The translations under genes and the position numbers were made by a program. A model generated the notes under the pieces. That model was not told the origin of the DNA, did not search any database, and saw only the letters and a list, made by a program, of their open reading frames with translations. A stretch of DNA of 64,000 nucleotides from Octopus vulgaris (Eukaryota), in contig OX597821.1 of assembly GCA_951406725.2 (NCBI GenBank), positions 82,026,001 through 82,090,000 of the forward strand. Reading direction: 5' to 3'. Positions within the stretch are counted from its first letter, which is position 1. Each line of letters opens with the position of its first letter. Below, piece after piece: positions 54,916-64,000 of the stretch.

Positions 54916-55839
54916 TCAATTGTCATCATCATTTAACGTTCATTGTCTATGCTGGCATGGGTTGGACAGTTTGAGTGGGTTGGCATGTTGGAAGGCTGCA
55001 CCAGGCTCCAGTCTGATTTGGCATAGTTTTCTATAGCTGGATGCCCTTCTTAATGCCAACCACTCCGAGAGTGTAATGGGTATTTTTACATACCACCAGC
55101 ACAGGTACCATTTGCATGACACCAGGGTGTGTTTACATGCCAATTTTAATGATATAGTCTGTTATTGATAATACATTGTAACACGCAGTTCCACATGCAA
55201 GGACTCTAGATAATCACTGTTATAAAAAACGCCACTTGCATGAATGTCAGTAACATGTCTGTAACAGTCCTGTCTGATAAATTTTGATAGACCTAGCTAA
55301 TTGATTGGTTGACTGACCAAATGATTAATCAAACAAATGATGAGTTAATTGGTTAGTAGTAGTAGAGGTAATAATAAAAGAAATGAAATAGAACCAGTGC
55401 ATGTATGTTTATTATTGGCACAATGACCCTCCCAACATACAGCAAAATTTGTTTCCCAGCACAAGTTCATATCAAGAATCTTGCAAACTAAAGTACAAAA
55501 AACAAAATATTTTAGAATGTAATGAAAAATTAGAGATAAAACACTAACGAGCAATAAAAAAAAAATACTTAAGATAAATAAATATTTTTCTATAAAATGT
55601 TTTCATTGCCCAAATTTGCTTCAGTATAAATAAATATGTTATTTATGTTTAACTCTAGGTGTTGGCCATTTTAATGTTGTTGGTAGCGCACCAGTGTCGT
55701 TAGTATAAAACCAAACTGAAACCAATTGCAAACCTTAACCCAAACACCCAACCAAATTCTAAAAGCGCTTGGGGGTGGCTCTCCCTGACATTTTACTGAA
55801 GTGGATTGTCGGGTGAGGAGAAAGTGAAGAGTGAATCAG

Positions 55840-56067
55840 TAGTAGTGGTGGTGGTGATGGTGATGGTGTGGTGGTGGTGGTGGTGGTAGCAGTGGTAGCA
55901 ATGGAGGTAGTAGAGGCAGCAGTAGTGGTGGTGGTGGTGATGTGGTGTGGTAGTGCTGGTGGTGCTGGTGGTGCTGGTGGTGTTAGTGGTAGTGGTAATG
56001 GTGATGGCGACAGTGATAGTGTAGGTAGTAGTGGTAACAGCAGTAGTAGCGGTAGCAGCAGCAGCAC

Positions 56068-56127
<60 letters not shown>

Positions 56128-57380
56128 CTGTTGTTGTTGTTGGCAGTGGTGATAGCGGAGGGGGGGTGATGATGATAGTGGTGATGGTGATGATAGCTGC
56201 CGTAGTTGTTGTGGTAGTGATGGTTGTGGTGGTGGTGGTGGTGTCAGTAGAAACCCAAACAGCAGAGTACTTGGCACTGATGGTACTGCAGAACATAATT
56301 GAGGAATGATTTAGTCTGGAGCAGAAAAACTGTACATATCAGCCATGACTGATCTTGGTAGTCGTGGTGATGGTGATGGTGATGGGGGGTGATGGTGATG
56401 GGGGGGGTGATGGTGATGGGGGGGGGGTCGTGGTTAGAGCAGTGATGGTGATATTGAACTTCGTTGGTGGCAGGGATGGTTTTGGTAGAAACGTCTGGTC
56501 TTGTTGGTGGTCTTGGAAGTGGTGGTGGTGGCGATGGTGGTGGTGGTGGTGGATTTGGTGGTGGCGGTGGTGATTATAGCACTGATGAGGATATTGAGAG
56601 CTTTGCGTGGTTGATGGGGGGGGGGGGGGTGGAGTAAGCTTGGTGGTAGTGAGGGCTTTAGTAAGAGGTGGTAGTGGAGCTATTTGGTCTTGTTGTTGTT
56701 GTTGTTGTTATTGTTGCTGGTGGTGGTGGTGGTGGGGACAGTAGTGATGGTCCTTATAAAGATGATAGTTAAGATGTTTGGGCTTGTTGCTGTTGTTGTT
56801 GGTGGTGATGGTGATGGTGCAGTGGTGGTAGTGATGGTGGTGGTGGTGGAGGTGATGGTCTTGGGAAAGGTGGTAGTGGTAGTGGTGGTGGTCTTGGCAG
56901 GTATAGCAGTAGTGGGATATTAAGCTTGATGATAATGTTAGACTTAATAAAGTTGTTGTTGTTGTTGTTATTTGTGGTGGTGCTACTGTTTGTGGTGGTA
57001 GTGGTGGTGATGGTGGTGGTGGTGGTAGTCTTAGTAGTCATAGTAACGGTAGCAATACTGATCTGGATGGTAATGTTGGTCTTAGTAAAGGTGGTAGTGG
57101 AGATGGTGGTGGTGGTGATGGTAGTGGCGGTACCAATAATGATAGTGTTAGGTCTTGGTCACGAAGGTGGTGGGGGAGGAGATGTTGATTTTTGGGTGGT
57201 GGGAGGTAGTGAAACTGGTAGAAGAATATGGTGGTGGGGGTCATGGTGGAATGGATGTTAGTGCAGTGATCATGGTAGTAGTGGTGTTGATGTTCGCAGA
57301 GATGGCAGTGGTGGTGGTGGTGATGGTGGTGGTAGTAATTGTGGTGATGGCGAGGATGAAGATGGTGGTGGTGAGATGAT
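55840..57380. repeat. Long degenerate (GGT/GAT/TAG/GTT)n low-complexity tract
   Basis: Direct inspection. Confidence 0.85.
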
Positions 57381-58025
57381 AGAGGCTAATAAAAACAAAC
57401 ACAAGAGACATACTTGGCACAGATAGGAAGTAAATGTGCATTTAAGTATATCAGGTTTGTAAGATAAGACGTGTGGGCTATATACTATTAAGGTAGAAAT
57501 ATATACACAATCACACTCACATACACACACACACACACATGCATATATACGCATGCACATGCATGTGCATGCATAAAAACACACAAACACACACACACAC
57601 ACACACACAGAGGTTTGCTCATGTATGCAAACGTAAACATACTCATGTATGCATGCTGAAGCAAATATGCAAATTGATGGGTAATTTGCACTTGTAAATA
57701 TGAAATGCATGTTTTACAAAACATATATATATATATTTATATATCATCCTCCTCCTCCTCCTCCTCCTCATCATCATCATCATCATCACCGTCATCGTCA
57801 TTTAACATCCGTTGTCCATGCTGGCATGGGTTGGACGGTTTGACCAGGGCTGGTAAGCTGAGGGGCTGCACCGGACTCCAGTCTGATTTGGTAGGGTTTT
57901 CTACAGCTGGATGCCCTTCCTAACACCAACCACTTTACAGAGTGTAATGGGTGCTTTTACGTGCCACCGGCATGGGTGCTAGCTGTGTGATACCAGGATC
58001 TGCCATGACTAATATATATGTGTGT

Positions 58026-58073
<48 letters not shown>

Positions 58074-58540
58074 TTGTATTTTACAAATTTAATCATTTAG
58101 CAAAGAAACTTACAAGAATTTTCTTAAGTCACTTGTGTACATACACATGCAAACATGTGTGCATGCACATACACACAAGAGCATGCACACATACATACAT
58201 ACATGAGCACATGCACACACACACATACATCATGATCATCATTATTTTAGTGCCTACTTTTCCCTGCTTCCATAGGTCAAACAAAATTTGGCTGAGGCAG
58301 ATTTGTTTTGGACAACCCAATGCTCATCCTGTCACCAACCCTCACTTGATACTAAAAATAATATTTCTTCAAGTATTTTGAATATTGAATAGCTTGCACA
58401 TGCTGTTGGGAAGTATTTTAACCAAAATGATACCATTTGCATGAATGGTGACTCTTGTTTCTAATCATGCATAAATGTTTTCTATCATAGCTCAAAGCTA
58501 ACCAATGTCTTGTGGGCAAAATTGGTCAATGAAAGTCTAT

Positions 58541-58600
<60 letters not shown>

Positions 58601-58671
58601 TATGTGCATGAGTCGTCTAAGAGACCATAAGTCAGAGAAAAGATGCACTTGTATATCTATCAGTAGAGTGG

Positions 58672-58982
58672 GTATATTATCCAAAATGTATAATATTATA
58701 TATCCATCATGACTTATTTTACCAATTGGTTTCATGTAAAGAATATAATGAAGTGTTAGGTAACAATCTGATTATATGACTTTATGCTCATCAGAGTTAG
58801 CTGATATGGAAGGGAATATGGTGACTGTAGTCGCCAAATTCTCTTCCATATTGGCTAACTCTGATGTGCATAAAGTTATATAATCCAATTGTTACCTAAC
58901 ACTTCATTATATTCCTTATGCGAAACCAGTTGGTAAGATCAGCTGTGACAGATATTTAATACTATACTTTTCAGATAATATA
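58672..58982. mobile_element. Fold-back of about 310 nt made of two head-to-head hammerhead-bearing units
   Basis: Arms are complementary around GACT-GT-AGTC (58823-58832). Right arm CTGATGT-GCATAAAG...CCTTATGC-GAAAC-CAGTTG-GTA; left arm (minus) CTGATGA-GCATAAAG...CTTTACAT-GAAAC-CAATTG-GTA. Confidence 0.8.
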
Positions 58983-58999
58983 TATACATACATATATAT

Positions 59000-59180
59000 A
59001 GGGAGAATTCACAAAAAAACAAAAGACGAAGACAGGTGGTGTAGACAACAAACAGATGTATTAGTATAACGCTTGGGAAGTGAAAAAGTCTTTAACATTT
59101 CGAGCCTATGCTCTTCCACAGAAACGAAGACAGAAAAAAAACAAGGAGAGAAAATAAAGAATGTGTAGTGGCTACCAGTC
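59000..59180 (-). mobile_element. pLTR-like element (8020 family)
   Basis: Minus strand TTT-CTGTGGA-A-GAGC(ATAG)GCTC-GAAAT-GTT-AAA, followed by the family tail. Confidence 0.6.
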
Positions 59181-59443
59181 TATATTTAGTTAAAGATAGT
59201 TATACCCAATTTCATGTCCATAAAGTACTTAGCTTTACAACGTCTCGTCAGACCCTAATGGACAGAGACCTGTAGTCTCTCTTGAAAGTAAAAAGAGAAA
59301 AGACCTCATTGCAAGTTGATGAACACAGAGACAAAGGAGAAGGGTTAAGACTGGCCATGACTATCTTTATCTAAATACTCTATTCTTCTATAACTTAGAC
59401 TGTGCTTCTCTTTCATATTTATGATTTACTGACGATATATGTA

Positions 59444-59484
<41 letters not shown>

Positions 59485-59489
<5 letters not shown>

Positions 59490-59700
59490 ATCCAAACATG
59501 AAAACACAAAGAGAAAACACAACAACGCGAGGACGTGGAACAAGTATAGTATTATTGGACGCTCAGGAAAGGAGGAAAGAAGGAGAGTTTAATGTTTCGA
59601 GCGGAGCTCTTTGTCAGAAACATAGGAAAAGGAAAGATCCATAGAAGGGAAGATGGAGGAAAAAAACATCACCAACGGTACACACGCAGTCACATTTTGA
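59485..59700 (-). mobile_element. Related pLTR-like element with minimal hammerhead at 59587-59621
   Basis: Minus strand GTTT-CTGACAA-A-GAGC(TCC)GCTC-GAAAC-ATT-AAAC; (TA)n on both sides. Confidence 0.6.
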
Positions 59701-60294
59701 ATATATATATATACACACACACACACACATGCACAAACATATGTTTGTGTGTGCATGTGTGTCTCAGTGTGTGCACGTGTGTATGCATGAGTTTGTGTGT
59801 ATGTACATGTGTGCATCTGTGTCTTCCTGCTTGTGTTTTGACATTGTTTACATCTGCCACATAGATACGTCCAGCTGTTTAGGCAGTTCATTATTTACAA
59901 GAGCAAGGAAATAAGTACCTTACTTGGTGACAAGTATATGTTGGTGACAAGAAGGGTATCCAGCTCTATAAAAACAGTCTCAGTGAAGTCATGTTTAGAC
60001 CATGCTAGCATGGAAAAGATAGAAATTAAAATTATATATTTATATATAAGAAAATAGGATGAGAAAAGAATAAAAAAAAATATGTCACGAACTTCATTGG
60101 CTTGCAGCTGTTTTTGTTATGTGATGCAAGGTAATGGTTTTCCTAAATAAAATTGCACTTCATGTTTGAAGCTTTGATCAAGCTACTGGGTGATACACAA
60201 GCATTCACCAATTAGTGCATTGCATCATATAGCAGAAACGACTGTAAGTTCATGAGAAAACTTTTTATTCCTTTGTCATTCTAATTTCTTGGAT

Positions 60295-60757
60295 TTAGTC
60301 ATTCAACCATTCATTGACACCTGCATGCCATCAGAAAATGACCATATTTGGTTTCAAGATGAAAGGTGTTCTTCCATCAGGATTATGCTTGGCCACATAT
60401 AGTGGGAATGACATTTCAAAGGCTGGAGTAGTGTTAATGGGAAACGATGTCCCACCCACTTTGTTTGCTGGACATTGCCCCATCTGATTATTATTTATTC
60501 TGCAGTCTTCAAAATCATTTGGATGGAAAAAATATGAATTCTGTAGGTGAGGTCAGAACAGAACTGGAGGAGTATTTTTTGTCATGGACAAGTGAATTTT
60601 GAAAGTGGGGCCTGGCAAGTCTACCAGATAGAATGGAAGAGCATTGTAGAAAATGAAGGAGAGCATATTTTAGATTAAAAAAGAACTTTGTTTATCTTAA
60701 ATTTGAAAAATAAAAGAACTATAAAAACCCACATTATTTATGGGATGATCCAATATA
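60295..60757 (+). mobile_element. Mariner relic, 3' half with TIR
   Basis: HQDYAWPH...DIAPSDYYLF (HDNARPH...DLAPSDY-like); TIR ATTTATGGGATGATCCAATA matches the 47.5k TIR. Confidence 0.85.
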
Positions 60758-61949
60758 ATGTAACCATGCTGGTGCCACATAAATGCACCCGTACCAAAAA
60801 CGTGTACAAGGTACCCAGCACATTCTATAAGGTGGCTGGTGTTAGGAAGGGCATCCAGCCATAGAAACCATGCCAAAACAGACAATTGGGGCCTGGACAG
60901 CTCTGCAGTGGGCCAGCTCCTTTCAAACTGTCCAGCCCGTGCCAGCATGGAAAATAGATGTTAAACAATGATGATGATATATATATATGCATATATTTCT
61001 GTATGTATGTATGTATGTATGTATGTATGTATGTATGTATGTATGTATCTGTATGTATGTATGTATGCATGTATGTATGTACTGTATGTATAGATTAATA
61101 TTTAAAGATACACGGTAGTCTAAGAAAAACCAGAAATCTTGATAAAACCTGATCTATGAGACAAAATATGGCATGCAAACTTCATTGCAGCATTCTTAAA
61201 CTGTGGATCTTAACTGAAGCTAATCTTTGGATCTGATGGATTCTTTTTCACTGTAGCTTATCAACCAATCTCTTCCAAGATTTTATTCCAACAACTTTGA
61301 CATGTTCCAGTGATGTGTCATCTCCTCTAGATCTCTTCTCTTCCTAAATAAATTTCCATTAACTCAATTTTCATGTATTCTTAAGCAAATGTCACATAGA
61401 GTAATTTTTATTAAATATTCCAATCAAAATAAGAGTGTACTAGAGAGCATTTACGTGCTTGTTGGGCCTGCTAGTAATAGTAGCCAAATCAACCTCAGAT
61501 CACAACTTAAACATGTTAAAAAAATTAAAACAAGACACACTATATAATGGTGTTCTACATTCACTATGTCTAAAAACAAATTACAAGATCATTGTGGCTG
61601 GAACACCTCTAACTATTAGTATAGTTGATCATAGGAGGCACATGGCATAGTGGTTAGGATGTTGTACTCACAATCGTAAAATTGTGGTTTCAATTCCTGG
61701 ACCAGGTTATGCATTGTGTTCTTGAGCAAAACACTTCATTTCACATTGCTCCCAGTCCACTCAACTGTAGAAATGAGTTAAGCCTGGGGAGGGATGGGCT
61801 CTGCTAGGCTTTCTCACTCTAGATACGCTGCATGGTGGCAATGCCGCAATAACCCCCAAGGGACTTGTCAATTGTCAATACTTGATCAAAACTGACCTGT
61901 GGATAAGCAACAACAATAACAACCAGCCGTTCCTAATGTGGGATTCATG

Positions 61950-62187
61950 GAACCCTTTAGCATATAAAATGATCATCAGGCCCAAATATCCTAATTCTTT
62001 TTTATGCTGGCCTCTCACACCTATCCTACAATGTTGTTTTAAATATTTATACATCATTGATATCTTGAAGCTACAAGATAATGCGTGATTAATTAAAAAC
62101 TGTGTGAAGGAAATAAATATACATATATATATGTATTATACATACTCATCTATCTATCTGTATGTCTATGTCCTTCAATCTATTTAG

Positions 62188-62220
<33 letters not shown>

Positions 62221-62312
62221 CCTATCTATCAATCTGTCTATCTACACACACACACACACACACACACAGAGTAAATACATTTGTCAGAGTAATCCAAATG
62301 CTAATGGGTTAA
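61950..62312. mobile_element. piggyBac-like MITE, decayed
   Basis: AACCCTTTAGCAT ... ATGCTAATGGGTTAA; related fragment at 41780-41895. Confidence 0.5.
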
Positions 62313-62412
62313 AGAATCTGTTGAGAAATTCCAATGATTCTGGGATCTTCTACTGAGAGGTTCAGTTCCATTTTCACGCTATTCCTCTGCTCTACACATG
62401 TTTATCCTACAG

Positions 62413-62499
62413 GTGTTGACTTCTAACTATTCAATACACTACATTAACCATGTTGATTTCACCTCACAGGTGAGATCACAGGGGACCTAAGAAGGTCAG
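62413..62499 (+). other. Candidate small exon(s): 62413-62469 and/or 62470-62499
   Basis: Acceptor TTTATCCTACAG, then CTCACAG|GTGAGA, then strong donor CAG|GTGAGT; the 57-nt piece reads VLTSNYSIHYINHVDFTSQ and the 30-nt piece GEITGDLRRS. Confidence 0.3.
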
Positions 62500-62607
62500 G
62501 TGAGTAACCCTTTGCCTTAGAGTAATTGAATTAGGAATAAAAGACAAGAACAAAAAAAAAAAATTCTGCATTTCATTCCCTACTGAATGTATCTTCTATG
62601 TTTTCTA

Positions 62608-63045
62608 CCTTTTACTTGTTTCAGTCATTAGACTGCGGCCATGCTGGAGCACTGCCTTTAAGAATTTTTAGTCAAATGAATCGATCCCAATGCTTATTTT
62701 TTTTAAAGCACGGTGCTTATTCTACCAGTCTCTTTTGTTGAACCACTAAGTTTGGGGATGTAAACACACCAATACCAGTTGTCGAGTGATGGGGAACAAA
62801 CACATACACACCAGGCGTTAAATGATGATGATAACAATGATGACAACTATGATGACAATGATGATGATATACACATACATACATATGCATATGACAGCTT
62901 TCTTTCAGTTTCTGTCAACCAAATTCACCCACAAGTCTTTGGTTAGCCCAAGGCTATCAAAGAAGACATTTGCCCAAGATGCTACTCAGTGAAAGTGAAC
63001 TTGGAACCATGTGGCTGGGAAGCAAACCTACCACAGAGCCACACA
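62608..63045 (-). mobile_element. SINE family A, older copy
   Basis: Colinear with the family, with more substitutions. Confidence 0.7.
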
Positions 63046-63414
63046 TGTGTCTAAATATATTTAGTTGTGTAAGATATCTTTGTTTCAGAGAATTGTCCAA
63101 GGTATTTCAAAATTCACAAGAATTTCAAAGAAAAAAGAGAAAAGGTTAAGAACCCTACTCTAATTCTTTCATTTATTTTTTTAAGTTTAAGTCACAATTT
63201 TTGAACAGTTATATCATTGGTTACAGGTGTCTAGCAGACCAAGCGTTTGTTCACCACATCATACATTTCTGCCAATAAGAGTGGGCAAGGGAGTGTTTGC
63301 AACATGATTCTGAGCAAATATCACAATGGACATTTTAATGTGGAACTTAGCAGATGAAAGCTCTGCAGAAAGCCATCATCTGTCTGTCTGTCTGTCTGTC
63401 TATCTGTCTGTATG

Positions 63415-63506
<92 letters not shown>

Positions 63507-63788
63507 TTGATATCTATGCAATTTGCTAGCTTATATAGTCTCAAATATTCATCCCTCTATAGCACTTACAGTTACTCATACACATCTACACACGCAGACT
63601 AAACACAAACCTTCAGATACACTCACATACAAGCGTATACCACGTACATCTCCACCCACATCAGAAACAAAGAAAATTACACATTCAAGTACATATGTAC
63701 TGATTCTCGTATATATTCACACACACACACGTATACACAAATGCAAGCTCAAAGATACAGGAATACACAGATATGCCTATAGAAACAT

Positions 63789-63827
<39 letters not shown>

Positions 63828-64000
63828 TGCACACATATGCACTGAAATACATCCAAATACGCACATATAAACATACATGCTAAAATAACACACGCAGCTA
63901 ACCACACCCAAACATATATACATACCTCCACATTCCTAAACATATATACTCACAGCCACATACATATACACACATCCTTAAACATGCCCACCCCCAAAGG

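Noticed and set aside
55759-57441. Long ORFs rich in Val/Gly/Ser/Thr/Pro
   Set aside because: Degenerate trinucleotide repeats are open in several frames on both strands; there is no domain or splice support.

Overview
AT-rich, microsatellite-dense animal genomic DNA, most likely an octopus (coleoid cephalopod), judged from its tRNA-derived SINE families. No intact protein-coding gene could be identified, and almost every ORF in the supplied track is a (TA)n/(CA)n/(CAC)n artefact. The window is an intronic or intergenic patchwork of SINEs (at least 5 families), decayed LINEs (RTE, CR1/L2-like, R4/Dong), Tc1/mariner relics (including a DD37D maT), hAT- and piggyBac-type MITEs and a non-autonomous Helitron. 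The most striking signal is a set of about a dozen type I hammerhead-ribozyme motifs, from at least six unrelated short repeat families, mostly sitting next to (TA)n/(TAA)n tracts. One is near-canonical (16697-16748). Several lie in fold-back (inverted) pairs, and some carry non-canonical cores (U3-A8 covariant; A6U). This fits Penelope-like pLTR or retrozyme-type non-autonomous elements. Candidate recursive-splice (AG|GT) sites and a possible divergent TATA promoter pair hint at a large host gene that cannot be named. All folding and alignment was done by eye, and boundaries are approximate.
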